From Podospora anserina (taxonomy: Eukaryota), in NCBI GenBank assembly GCA_017654855.1, contig CM030332.1, positions 5,952,001-6,016,000 on the forward strand: a stretch of 64,000 nucleotides of DNA, written 5' to 3'. Of this stretch, positions 26,414 through 39,788 are shown in pieces; position 1 is the first letter of the stretch; every line of letters starts with the position of its first letter. Both the position numbers and the translations under genes were made by a program. The notes under the pieces are model-generated. The model was given only the letters and a program-made list of their open reading frames with translations, was not told the DNA's origin and searched no databases.

Positions 26414-27960
26414 ATGGCCGCTGCGGATGAAATCCTGCCACCGTCCAGGAGCACCGTGTCAATCGCCAGCTCCAGGACTAGAGGATGGCAGCCTTCTTAC
26501 CATGAACTCGCGATCATGGCAGTCCTGTCTGTCCTATCCTTAATGGTCGCGCTCGATGCCTGCATCATCGTAACCTCGCTAAGTGTCAGGTCACATTACT
26601 CCCTCTTCGAGAGTTGCCATCTCACATGAAAACAGGCCATCATCAGCGACCTGCAAGGCAGCGCCACGCAAGGCTTTTGGGTCGGCACCGCCTATCTCCT
26701 AGCAAATGCCGTCACAATGCCCTTCATCGCCTCCTTAAGCGACATTTTCGGACGGCCAGTGTGTCTCGTTACTTCCGTCGGCGTCTTCGCTCTGGGGTCG
26801 CTCCTCTGTTGCTTGGCGAATGGCATGGACGTTTTGCTTGTCGGTCGATCCTTTCAGGGCATTGGAGGAGCAGGAGTCATCATCCTAAGTCTCATCATCT
26901 TCACAGACATCACCCCGCTCCGCTTCCGGCCGAAATGGTACGGCACTGTGTAAGTTGTCAATCGCACCCACCCGGCCTGTATGTTAACACTCTGGAAGGC
27001 TCGGGGCTTGGGCCCTTGGTAACTGCGCGGGTCCCGTTATCGGCGGTGCGATTGCGCAGATGACCACTTGGCGCTGGATATTCTACATCATGTTCCCTTT
27101 CTGCGGTGCCGGTCTTTTGGTCATACCCTGGCTTGTGACCCTGAAGCCACGGACAGCCTCGGTGGGTGAGAAACTCGGAAGGATTGACTGGCTAGGCAGT
27201 TTCTCGTTCGTGGTGTCGGCTACCTTATTCCTTGTTGCGGTATCCTGGGGAGGTGTCCAATACCCATGGCGTAGTGCTGGCACCCTCGTCCCGCTCTGCT
27301 TAGGCACAGCCGGGCTAGTCTGGACGTTAGTCTACGAGATTGTCTTCGCTAGCGAGCCGTTTCTGCACCTTAGTCTTTTCTGGAATGTTAGCTCGGTTGC
27401 GACCTATATTTGCGGCGCTGTCCAGGGTCTTGTGGTACGTCCGAAATGCTCCGCTATAACTCGTGTACTTACCTTCTTAGATTTACGGTCAACTTTATTA
27501 CATCCCGTTTTACTTTCTTGCGGTGAAGGGTTATGGCCCATTACACACAGGTCTAGTCCTGTTGCCCGTCATGGTTACACTTGTTCCTGGCTCCATCTTG
27601 ACCGGCATCCTGGTGACCCGTACCAACAACTACAGGCACCCTATTTGGGCTGGGTGGGCCCTGACTACCCTCGCGTCTGGTCTCACTCTCGTATGGGATT
27701 TGGATACTCCTCCTACTCTGTGGGCCACCACCCTTGTGGTTCTCGGGTTCGGCCACGGCGCCATCCTCAATGCGCAGAACTTTGCCGCACAAGCTATGTG
27801 CAAAGAGGGCGAGGAAGGGCTCGCGGCAGCTATGTATGGCTTTCTGCGGCAGTTCGGCATGGCACTAGGTGTCGGTGTTGGTGGCTCTACTTTTCAGAAC
27901 GTGATGTTACTGAAGCTTGAGCGGGAAGGGCTGTCGGCGGATATCGCGATGCAGAGCAAA
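26414..27960 (+). pseudogene. MFS drug:H+ antiporter (DHA2-like), apparently 3'-truncated
   Basis: LMVALDACII, SLSDIFGRP, GRSFQGIGGAG, WRWIFYI, RIDWLG, FLRQFGMALGVGVGG; similarity stops after ADIAMQS, before the expected last helix. Confidence 0.75.
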
Positions 27961-28410
27961 AGCTTGCTCAAGCAGAAGATGCCTTCAATAGGGAAAAATC
28001 GGCACAGTGACACACAGCAGCCAAACTTGTGATTGACAGTTTCCTCAGCTCCCGAATGTATCAGAAATGTACAAGTACATGCCGATGGGGGGCTTTCCGG
28101 ATGTGCTCCCAGTCTATGGCACACTAAAGTTGGGCACCGGAAGGGCCAGTCCTTGGTCGAAGCCAGTACCTTGCTCGGAGAAACGGGCGGCTGCGGGACG
28201 TCAGCGGGAGGTGCCTGCATCAGACTAGCAAGAACCAGTTCTTGAGCCTATGGTGGTAAATGGCCGCTGTAATGCCAGAATGGCGAGTTTTGTATTTAAA
28301 ATAGCTATACGCTGGCAGTTGTACTGTCGAGATTAAAAGAATAATGATCTGGTTCAGATTCCGATCTCAACTCCCTACGCTGCTCGTGTATAAGGAACAT
28401 TATAGCAGGA

Positions 28411-28584
28411 GAAAAGTGTCACCGCCGTGGTAAGCGAGAATTTTCCCTACCTTGTTAGTCGTCGCATTTAATCTCACCTACCCCGGCCGTCGAATCCTGC
28501 CCACCCCCGCTTGTAACTTCGAATCTCGCTATCCTACCAGGGCGACCTCGAATCTCGTTTATACGTTTGTAGCTTCGAATCTCT
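28411..28584. repeat. Inverted repeat of 43622-43796 containing a ~28-bp-spaced TCGAATCT array
   Basis: Reverse-complement match; differences are TpG>TpA in this copy. Confidence 0.92.
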
Positions 28585-30798
28585 TACCTTGCTTATAGTT
28601 AAGGTCGCTAATCAAGAAGTTAAGGTCCGCTACGATATGGTTAACCGCGCTTGGTTAAGATCTCTCCCTCGATTTATTTCACCACTTTAACCATATGACC
28701 GGGACTGTTGTATGCCCGAGCAGAACGTATCCGTGCCGGAGATGATCCTATCAACGTCCTCAGTGGCATCGACAGCGGCACCAAAAGCCAGAGTTCTCCC
28801 GGTGCTGCTGCTTAGCGCAAATTATGACCATTGCTGCCACAGCAGCCTGGTAGTCGAAGTGGGCCAGCTCGCGCAGGGCTTGTATTCGAATCTGTAGTCG
28901 GCCAGTCAGAAGACAAACAGCGTGGGACGTTACAACCACGCCAAATTCATATGAACCACAATTGACATCGCGTTGCATATCCTCCGTTGAACCTGGGGTC
29001 CAATATCCGTGAAAATGTGCAGGGTGCAGAAAAAGAAAGATAAGCTGGAAACCTCGTTGGCAGTGCCTGGCCCCTAGATTTTAGAGGTACCTGTGCATCG
29101 CTCAGCTGGAGGTGTTGGCTTGGCGTCTTCAGCCCCCCAGAATGGGAGCCTTCTGACAGGTAGCACTAAAGTAGCGGCGCCATTCAACGACAACGTATCT
29201 GCCTCTGCCCGTGGATCCAGAATTCCAAGTAAAACCGGAAGCAGGCGAGTTTCTCACAAGGCGAGTCATAGAATACATCGGACGAAGAGGGCTGCGGGAA
29301 GTAGGGCCAGGTTGGAGATGGAGAATTGAGGGTAGGTGAGCGGTGAGTGGAGCAATGCCCTCGCCCTGTCTGAAGCTTCTCGGCCCATGGGCGCTAGCCG
29401 GGATGGGTCGTCCGATATTAGGGAACAAGCGTAGCTCACAACTTCCATGACAGGCAGGTGTGGTCATAGCAGCACATGTACAGTAACCACCAGAGAAGGA
29501 TTCCGTAACCGTCGAGATGTAGTGATGTTGGCGTCGTTGAGAACCTCCATGGGCACTCCTCCCTACACCTACCCCTGTCATGAACCCCTCCACCCCTCCA
29601 ACCCATGATTCCCTACTCCACCCCGCCTTTAATCCACACCTCCCTTGTCCATATCACGAACGTTATCCTATCCTACACCTGCGAAGTGGACTTCGATCAA
29701 AGAACTGTTGAGGAACAAGTCATACCCATCGTTTTAGACAGAATACCAAAGCAACAAGCGGTTCGGTCCCATTCCAAGTAGCCGCTCATTTCCCGAGGCG
29801 CCGCTTTCATGTTGAACCCCTGACGAAAGACATCAAAATTAAAATTGACAGCGAAGAATTGAAGCTGTTGGAGCAGCCTACCTATCTAGCTGCCCACCTA
29901 GCTATATAAAGCCCAAGATATGGGACTTCCTGGCCGGTCTGGGTTCTCTCCATATTGGAAGTGAGATGTCTACCTAATAAGAGCTGAGCACACGAAACGA
30001 CCCAACCTGTCTATGTCTTGTCTTTCTAATACGAAGACATTACTCACGACTTTGCCGCTTCGCCCACCACCCTCCGACACATCGTCTCAACTTCCCTTGT
30101 TCTTGTTGTCAGGCACTTCAGGTACCCAAATGCAATCTGTTTCCCGTCCTGTTTCGGAGTTTTAATCATACCGTGCAGGTTGCCGGCAGTGATTCCTGGA
30201 TGCCGGTCACTGGTTGCCAGTAGATCTCCCCTCTCCACCGGTAGTGCTCCAGACAACAAGCGCAAAATACCACCCGATTTTGCTGCCTTCCAACTCGCTG
30301 GGACGGCTTCCATTAGCGCGCTACCGGCTCCACAGCTGCACAAACGCGCAGGGCTACCCACCGCATCACTCAGCGGGCATTCAAGAGTCCCCGCCGCCGC
30401 CGCCGCCGCCTTCTTCCGCTATTGCCTCCCTTTGCCGTCACTGAAAGTCGGTCACTCGGTCTAACCTGGAAGTTCCCACCCTGCAGACGGAGCCAGGCAG
30501 GTAAAAGCACGCGCAGGTCAGCTTGGTCGCCGCCCCCACCAATTCCTCCGGTCCACCTACCGCCCCGCAACAGCCTACCTACTCTCTGTCTGTCTCTTCT
30601 TCATCAAGACATCCCACACTCTCTCTCTCGAAGCAGCCTGGAACTGCCTGAACACTAAGTGCCACGACCCCATATTCTTTGACCAGTCGAATGCTTGTTA
30701 GCCTCCTGCTCACAAGCCACCAACAAGACCTGCTGTCATCGTTTCTGTCTGGCTACGCCCAAAGGTAACACAAGTCTTATAATTCAGCACATCACAGC

Positions 30799-33700
30799 AT
30801 GGCCAACTCCGAGGAAACGCCACCGCCTTCCAAAATCGAGGTTGAGGTGGTGACCGAGAACCTCGAGACCCCCGAGCTGGATGATCGTTCATACCGTGTC
30901 ATCCGTCTGCCCAACGGCTTGGAGGCTCTTCTGGTTCACGACCCCACCACTGACAAGGCCGCGGCCGCGGTTGATGTCAACGTTGGGAGCCACAGTGACG
31001 AGGATGATATGCCAGGAATGGCCCATGCCGTTGAACATGTAAGCTTGCTATTACCGCTCCGCACACTCAGGCTGCAGCCGCTAACTTTGATTGCAGCTTC
31101 TGTTCATGGGGACCAAGAAATTCCCTGTCGAGAATGCCTATCATCAGTACATTTCAAACCATTCTGGGCTCACCAATGCCTTCACGGCGACAACCTCAAC
31201 CAACTACCACTTTGAGGTCTCTGCCAAGCCCAGCAACGATGAAGAGCCATCTGCCACCAATCCCTCACCACTGCTGGGAGCGCTGGATCGCTTTGCCCAG
31301 TTCTTCATCGAGCCACTGTTCTTGGAGAACACTCTGGATCGTGAACTGAGGGCCGTTGATTCAGAAAACAAGAAGAATCTCCAGAGTGACAACTGGCGTC
31401 TGCACCAACTCAAAAAGACTCTCTCCAACCCGAAACACCCCCACCACCACTTCTCTACCGGCAACCTTGAGACGCTCAAGACCATCCCCGAGGCAAAGGG
31501 TATCAACGTGCGAGACAAGTTTATTGAGTTGTATGAGAAACATTATTCTGCCAACCGCATGAAGCTTTGCGTCTTGGGAAGGGAGCCCCTGGATGTTTTG
31601 CAGGCTTGGGTGGCCGAGTATTTCTCTCCCATCAAGAACAAGAATCTGCCACGCAATAGGTGGGAGGATGAGGTTCCGTTCACAAAGGATCACTTGGGAG
31701 TCCAAATCTTCGCCAAGCCTGTGATGGATACTAGAGAAATTACTCTGAGCTTCCCCTTTATGGAGCAAGAGAATCTTTACGAGACGCAGCCTGGTGGATA
31801 CATTAGCCATCTCATCGGCCATGAAGGCCCTGGCAGCATTATGTCCTATGTCAAGTCCAAGGGATGGGCCAACGGTCTGGGCGCCAGGCCAAGTAACATT
31901 TGCCCCGGGTCTCCGGACCTGTTCGACATCGGGATCACCTTGACAGAGGAGGGACTGAAAAACTACAAGGAGATCGTGAAGGTCGTGTTTGAGTACATCG
32001 CCCTTCTGCGAGAGACGGAGCCGCAGCAGTGGATCTTTGATGAGCAGAAAGGCATGGCAGATGTCAATTTCAGGTTCATAGAGAAGTCTCGAGCTTATCG
32101 GTTTGCAAGTTCCGTCAGCCAAAGGATGCAAAAGCCAATCCCCCGCGAGCATCTGGTGTCTGGGTATTCCAAGCTTCGCAGATTCGACCCGAAGTTGATC
32201 AAGCAGGCTTTGGGCTGGCTACGACCCGACAACTTCTTTCTCGTTGTCACCTCACGGAATCCCCCTGTTACGTTGGATAAAAAGGAGAAATGGTATGGGA
32301 CGGAGTACACCGTCCAACCAATTCCGGAGACTCTGATGAAGGAGGTCCAGGCGGCAGCTACCAGCACACCTGACAACCGAAAGCGAAGCTTCATCTCCCC
32401 ACAAGAACCAGTTCATCCCAACAAAGCTAGACGTGGAGAAGAAGGAAGTCAAAGAGCCTGCCATCGCCCCGCGGATTATCCGCAACGACTCTATGGTCCG
32501 GACCTGGTACAAGAAGGACGATACGTTCTGGGTCCCGAAAGCAAGTATAATGGTTAGCTGCCGGACACCAATCACCTCACTGGCGTCTATGCGGGCAGCA
32601 GGCCGTCTTTTCACAGATTCGATCAAGGACGCGCTCGAGGAATACTCATATGATGCCGAACTTGCTGGTGTTAAATATACTGTGATCTGCGAGGAGCGGG
32701 GAATGTATATTGAGGTCTCTGGCTACAACGACAAGCTTTCGGTGCTCCTAGAACAGGTTCTGGTCACCATGCGCGACCTCGACATCCGCGATGATCGATT
32801 CGCCATCATCAAGGAACGCACGATCCGGTCATACCGAAACTGGGAGCTTTCAGCACCATGGACACAGATTGGTGGATACATGAGCTGGCTGACGACGACA
32901 GACCACTACAACACCATCCTGGATATCGCAGAGGAGCTTCCTGCCGTGACAGCTGATGCGGTGCGATCTTTCAAGAGGGAATTCTTGGCCCAGATGCACA
33001 TGGAAGTCTTGGTTCACGGCAACTTTTACAAGGAGGACGCACTGAAGCTGACCGACATGATCGAAAAGACGCTCAAGCCGCGGCCATTCCCTCCATCTCA
33101 GTGGCGTTCACCTCGCGGGCTGGTGTTTTCTCCAGGGTCAAACTACGTCTGGAAGAAAACGCTCAAGGACCCCGCGAACGTGAACCACTCGATCCACTAC
33201 ATGCTCTACACAGGTGCCAAGATTGATCGTCCTCAGAGGGCAAGGACAGCTCTTTTGGACCAGATCATGCATGAGCCTTGTTTCGACCAGCTTCGTACCA
33301 AGGAACAGCTCGGATATATCGTTTACTGTGGCTCTTGGAGCAATGTGACAACGTTTGGTGTCTACTTCATCATTCAAAGTGAGAAGACGGCCCCCTATCT
33401 TGAGACCCGGATCGAAAAGTTCCTGGAGGACATGGGGAAGAGACTCGAGCATATGAGTGAGGAGGATTTCGAGAAGAACAAGCGAAGTTTGATTGAAAGG
33501 ACGCTTGAGAAGGCCAAGTCGCTGGAGGGAGAGAGCAACCGGCACTGGCAGGCCATTGAGTCTGAATACTATATGTTCAACAACCGTAAGTCTAACCTGA
33601 TTATTCCCCTTGGGCCCAAGGCAAAACTGACCCGTATTTCGTGTTATAGGACAGTTGATGGTGGAGAATCTGAAGCCACTGACAAAGGCTGATATGATTG

Positions 33701-34168
33701 AGTTTTTCAACCACTACATCAACCCTTCGTCCCCTTCGCGGGCGAAGGTTGCAGCTTATCTGGAGGCCCAGGCCAAGAGCGATGTGACAACGAAGCAAAT
33801 TACGGATCTCATCAAGACGCTCGATCTCGATGAAAGTACCGCTGCCCAGGCTGCCACTGACCTGCAGTCTCGCCTGAGTGCGGCTGGCCATGACGAGGAA
33901 AAGGAGGTCGAAGGCCTTGTCGACTACCTCCAAGGCCTCGGGGTACCAGACGGCAAGGTAAAGGCTGCGTCTGACGTGGAGAAAGACTACACTCTGAGCA
34001 TGGACCCGGCAGCGGAGTTGTCAGGACGCAGAGCCACCATCATCCAATGGGACGACACCCACCCTCATCAAGGATGTGCGAGACTTCAAGGCACTCCATG
34101 CCACCAGCAGGGCTCCCTATCCAGAGAAGGATCTTGCGGAGTATTATGACCTGGATGCAAAGCTTTAG
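30799..34168 (+). CDS. STE23: M16A metalloprotease (insulysin / a-factor processing enzyme), frameshifted as assembled
   Basis: DDRSYRVIRLPNGLEALLVHD, HAVEH inverted zinc motif, LLFMGTKKFP, HLIGHEGPGS, FDQLRTKEQLGYIV; frame breaks near 32385-32400 and ~33950-34045. Confidence 0.88.
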
Positions 34169-35236
34169 ACATTTCACTTGGAACTATGCGGATCGGGGTA
34201 GAGGGGACTCTAGACTACTGAGCGGAAAACAGACTTATACCCAAAAAGCATTATATTGTCACCATTGTTGGTCATGCAGCGCATAGATGAACTAATCAAA
34301 ACTTTCTTGCTGTTTTATTTCATTGCCTGATGTTCTCCTGAATCTCCGGAACGTTCCTGTGCCACAGCTCAAGATAGATGAAGATCTCACTTGGGCTTTC
34401 CCATATACTACTAGCCCCTAATATCTGTCAGAGAACCAACTGCCAAACGGTTCCTGGCACGGACCAGGCACGGACCAGCTAGGCACTGTGTGTGAACTTC
34501 CATGGCACGGCCACAGGGCAGCGGCCCACTCGCAATGGCAGAAAAGCGATTTTTGTGAAGCCCGTGCCCCTCCAAAAGTCAAAGTGAAGTGCTTGGTAGC
34601 CGCCCGCGTTGCACTTGGGGTATCCCTTTCATCCAACTGCGTCGTCTGACGCTAACAGAGGGTCGAGATTGGGGCTGGTCAACGAAGGAGTAAGAAGCGG
34701 GAATATTTATTATCGCTGCACCTCGCTCCGAAAGCGTCTCCACTATGTTACACTGCCCGTGTTGGCGTCCGCCCTTACCGAGCTAGAACATGCTTGACTA
34801 CACTGGCGGCAGCAAATCTGCCGTTCTTCATAGGGCGACGAAAAGAGGCTGTGACTGTGGTTCGCTAGTGAGGTGGGTAAAGTGGAGAGTCGTTGGCGAA
34901 GTAAGCAAAAATCGAGGCCACTGGCGAGGTGGGTGAAAATCGGAGTCAGTAGCGAGGTAAGTGAAAATCGAGGCCGCTGGCGTAGATGTAGACCACAGGG
35001 CGTGAATTAAAGATACTTCGTGTGACACTTGTCTGTACACAGTGCTGATTCTATTGCGGGCTGCAACAGACGAGGACCGAACAGCTGCATCCAAGATCCA
35101 TCCCCCACAAACTTTGGTCTTGACTGCGCTCCAGAAATGGCTCTCGGAGCCAAACAGACCCACCAGAAAGGCAGCATTCGATAAGCAAATGAACTGTGTT
35201 CCGCAGTAACAACAGCCTAGAAGCGACCCGCATATA

Positions 35237-36905
35237 GGGTGGATGACCAGGAAATGGCCCACCCACGGATATGGACCACCACCCCCACACCAGCCACACA
35301 ACCTTAATGAGATTACCCCTGAATGCTTACACTCCCCACAACAAGACCAATATTGGGTCAATTTCTATGGAATTTATACCAAAATGTAGCTCAATCACTG
35401 TCAGAGTCAGACATTTTGTCTGCTTCCCTCTTACGCCGGGTTTGAACCCGATAACGTGTGCTACGCCGCACAGGCTCGGCTGGCTCCGGCTGCTCCACAT
35501 CCTCCTTAGGCACCACTTCTTCCTCCACCACCCTCCCTTCAATGCGGCCCTCTTCCAGCTCACAGAGCCTCACAAACTTGGAATTCGAGTCTTCTCTATT
35601 CAACTTGCGCCTTTTTCTTGCTTCCTGGGCCTTTTGGGCGTTTTGTTGGTGCCTTGCCGCATCAGCTTTGTGGATGGATACCTCAGATCTCAGTGTGAGT
35701 ATAGTACTGGTGAGAGTCCTTGCCGCAAGCCGTTTTCCGGCCGGCGTATGGTTCTTGAGTAGGTCCTTGACCTTCTTGGCCACCTGGGAATCCCCCACGG
35801 TATGGAAAGTAGGTGTTTTTGAAGAGAGATCCAACGGCACCACAGGGACTACCACCTGGCTTGAAGAGAGCGGTTTGCGCCTACGTATGGGCCATAATCC
35901 TGTCCCACGCCAGCCGCCGGCAATATTCTCTTTCCTGAAGCCCTGCTTGCGGCAAGGTCATACAGCCGGACCAAGTCAACCTTGCCGTCAGGCGTACAGT
36001 TGGTGAGGGCGTCGTTTACAGCCACAAGCCTCTTATACGCCTTCTTCACACTGGAAAAGCAGCCAATATCAAGGGGTTGAAGGACGTGAGAGCAGTGGGG
36101 GGGCAGGAAAAGAAGGTAAATATTACTCCTGTAGCACCGGATCATAAAGTCGTCAGTGGTATGTGAGCCATGACCATCACAAATAAGAAGACGTGGTTCT
36201 GATGGGTCCTTTGGTTGAGTCCTTGGGATAAAGACCTCTTCAAGCCATCCAACGGCCAGGTCGTTACTGGTCCAACCGTTCGATAATACGGCCACATACC
36301 AGTCCTTATCGAATTGGTCCTTGAACCATTGCTTTTGAAGGTCTTGGCCTTTGAAGATTACCCTGGGGGGAAGGACTCTCCCATCCTGGGAGATACACTC
36401 CAGCATAGTAGTCCAGGTCCTTTTTCCATTCTGTTTAACGTATACAGACTTTTTATCCCTCATTGAAGACCCCACCAAGCCGTTCTCTCCCTGACCTTCC
36501 ATTATTCCTACTTCATCATGGTTATACCTGTTCTTAGGCTTGATCCAGTCAACGGTAGAATAAAGGTTAAAGAACTTGTTGATATTCTTCGGGGTAGCTT
36601 CGTTAACTCTAGCGTAATCAATCTTCTTTCCACCTTCGTTTTGATACTGGGATGACGGCCAATGAAGCGGGTTACCCAGTGCTTCCCAATGGAGTAGATA
36701 TCGGCTTGTTCAGCCAGTATACTGGCCGCCAGAGCTCTTACGTTGGCGTGGGTGGGAGCGTAGCCAAGGCTTTCCTGACGAAGGATCGATTGAACGATAA
36801 GGTCTTCCTGGCCCTGAGTAAGCCGCTGTTGATTTTCATGGGCCTGTTTGCAAACCTGGGTTCCTAAGATGCGGTGCCTCAGTGTAGAACGTGGAACCCC
36901 GTGCT
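35237..36905 (-). mobile_element. Pogo/Fot1-type DNA transposon, 5'-truncated and frameshifted
   Basis: HTH (HGVPRSTLRHR, IGKHWVTRFIGRHP) and DDE (WTTMLECIS, LLICDGHGSH, PPHCSHVLQPLDIGCF); candidate TIR 35237-35280 after TA, with internal repeat ggaaatggcccacc/ggatatggaccacc. Confidence 0.88.
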
Positions 36906-37776
36906 TGAGGTTGGGTAGAAAGATTGCAATTTGCCAGCCCAAGAGCAAACCGCGTTCAAGTTCATGGCAAAGGGGGCCATGTTTGGCAAAGGCAAAAATA
37001 ACAGCGAGCACAAGCCCTGCGCCTAGGAAGACGCTGAGTGTAGCGAGCCAGATATGCTTTCTTGTTCTCCACAACTGCAGGTCGTACCGATAAGCAGTTC
37101 CGATGTATAAACCATGGCAGGTCCAGGTTACGATAAATGCGGCGATGGCCCCATGAAGCTGGGCATCAGTGACAAGGGACTGCATCTTTGCAGCTAGGAG
37201 AGAGGGGCAATAAATACGGCAATAGGTGCAAAAGGCAATAACTAAGGCAAAAAATAAGGCAACCGAGGTGGCTTGCAGAAATTAAAAGTGCACTTTTCAG
37301 GGAGACAGCATGGTGCGCATCCTAGGCTTATATCCTTGGTGTCGTTGTGTGGACTGGGCAGGCGGATGGACGGATCACCCAGCAGCACCGCCCCCTGCTC
37401 AATCAAAAGCAGCTGGCTCACCCGATATTAATGAGACTTGAGAAAACAGGGAACTTTTCATGGTTGAATTAGAATCGAATCGCAGTCTCAGATCGTACTC
37501 CAACGCTAAAGCGGGGAGGGGTGCCCAGGAGCACCGGAGCGTGGGGGGCAAGGGCATTTTCACTCGGTCGATAGGTAAGCAGGGGGTGAGAGCAAGGAGT
37601 TAAAATCACTAGCCAGCTCGGAAGCTTCCCCAGATCGCGGGCTTGGTAAATGTTCTGTTGATGTTGCATAGAAGGCGGAGGGAGGGGAGAGGGAGGGGGG
37701 TGTGAAAATAGAACGACCGTAGAGGATTAACTCGTCATTTGCCTTCCAAGATTTATCACGAACATCTCTTAATTCG
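36906..37776 (-). repeat. Inverted paralogous copy of 57269-58098 (upstream region and exon 1 of the 7-TM gene), fused to the transposase
   Basis: DNA and peptide match MQSLVTDAQLHG...IAIFLPNL. Confidence 0.92.
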
Positions 37777-39575
37777 AAATATTCGAGAGAAGAGTAGATA
37801 TAACTTGATTTTAAGCTACATCTTCGCCAGGATCTAGCCGGAAATATTCAATCTGCTTCTCAAAATTTGCCTTCAACATACGCCGGAGCGCCTCAAGATC
37901 TCTCAGCTTATAGGTATGCTGTGGGTGGAATAACTCCGAGCGCGGCTTCCGGATTCCTATGGAAGGGAGCTTATCCTTTGGATGGGGCTGGGGCCGTTAG
38001 CGACTTAGGGTGGATGCTATTTTCTATCTAGATTCCGTAAGAGAAACCAAAAAAAATTATAGACGAATCACGATCTAGCCTTTTCCTACCTTAGATAGAT
38101 AGGTGAGAAATCTCGGCAAATTGCCCATAGCGGTATCGAAATTTAATCGTTCTAGAAACCGCAAGACATAGCTTCTATATTATTAAGCGCAGCTTAGCTG
38201 GTAGCCACGGAAGAGTTCGAACCTAGCATAACTTCTTCTCCCTCGCTTTAAATTCTTATAACAATGCCCCGGCTAGAGAGTCGTTCTCTCCATTATCAGG
38301 ACGCCTCTTGCCTTGCTGTCTCTAAATATGAAGTATGTTTCAAGATAATAGGCGGCCTGTTAGATGTTATGACGGTGCGGATGTACCTGATACAGGAAGA
38401 CCATGCGGCCACGCTGCCCATATAACCCTCTCCTCGACCTCTGCAATCCTCTCCCTTCGCTTTTGCTCCGCCCGTCCCCTCCGCCACTTTCCCTCCGCCA
38501 CTTTCCCTCCACCTAACACATCTCTTCTATATTCTATAGAAAGAGAAGATGCCCTTCGTCTTATTAATAATTTACCTCCTCATAAGCTTATCACCGTCGC
38601 TTGACTTAAGGTACCACATCTTCTCTTGATACCAGAATAGACCACCACGCTTACATTCGCAGATTTGAAAATACGGGACTTTATCCCTCCCGCCGAGAGC
38701 CTTCTAAGATTTGATGGTAGAGCTTTTGAGATAAATAGGGGGGTTTTTACAGTGGAGCTCCTGAACAGGGATTTCTTAGTTGAGCTTTCCAATAAGGGCT
38801 TTTACAAAAGGCTCATAATAAGGATTTTAATAGTGGAGTTCTTTGCATCCGATTGGCTATCACTTATACCATAAAACGCCAGGATTAGGTGCCCAGTCGA
38901 GAGAGGGTTGAGAGAGCCCACACAGTCTATCGCCTGCCTGTCTGGCACCTCGCTGGCCGTTGATCGCTTTAGAGTGGGTTAGGCCCATCCGTACATATCC
39001 TCCATGGGCTTCCCACCCTGACGCTCTCTTCTCTCCACAATCGGCAAATCGGTCGACCTGGACGCGTGATTGCCTCGCTCTCTCTCTTTCTTGTTCATTT
39101 ACATATTGGTTCTTGTTTCTTTTAGGACATAAGGTATAACGTGCGCTTGCCTAAGCCCTAGACAAAGAAACTGTCACTAACACCTTTCCAGTGCTGTGAC
39201 TGTATCTCACGACCCGGAGTCAGGTATGCCAACCATGGGCCCACCATCTTTGACGAACAGTGTATACTTATTTATTACGCTACTTCCCCTTCTTTCACCC
39301 CCCATAGAAAAAGAAAACACAAGCATCAGCAGGCTTGGAGCCAAACAGACCCACCAGAAAGGCAGCCTGATAGGCTCTCGGGCAGGCCCCTGATTTTTAG
39401 CGTGCCATTCCCCCAGAAACAGGGGTTTCAGAGGTGGACTTCTATCTTAACCGGGCATTTTGACGTGTGGGGCTGCGTACGGCGAGGAATTCGCAAAGAA
39501 GGCTGTCGAGACCGGTACCGCAGCGGGGCTAACTCCTTCAATTTCTTAACCCCAATCTACGTGTTAAATGCTCAA

Positions 39576-39788
39576 CGCATCGCCCCCATCTCATCCATGT
39601 CTACCTTGCACCGTCAAAGTCCCTGTTCTCGAGCTCCACTTTTAGAGCCCCCCGTCAACAAACCAGCCGGAAACCCCTCTCGCACCAGGCCCGATACGCT
39701 GGAGGGAGGGATCGAGAGCTTTGGAAGCGCTTGGTCATGACAGCTGGCGCTCTTCGTTCTGCCTGAACATGGTCTCGGCATCAATAGC
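39576..39788 (+). repeat. ~200-bp dispersed repeat, three copies (also 47619-47841 inverted and 56481-56687 direct)
   Basis: All three copies begin at CGCATCGCCCC with unrelated outer flanks. Confidence 0.92.

Noticed and set aside
32380-32405. Programmed frameshift or definite pseudogenisation of STE23
   Set aside because: The breaks look like single-base losses in short homopolymers and may be sequencing errors; reads are needed
31361-33710. Long antisense ORFs (31361-32152, 33138-33710)
   Set aside because: Shadow frames of the STE23 coding strand
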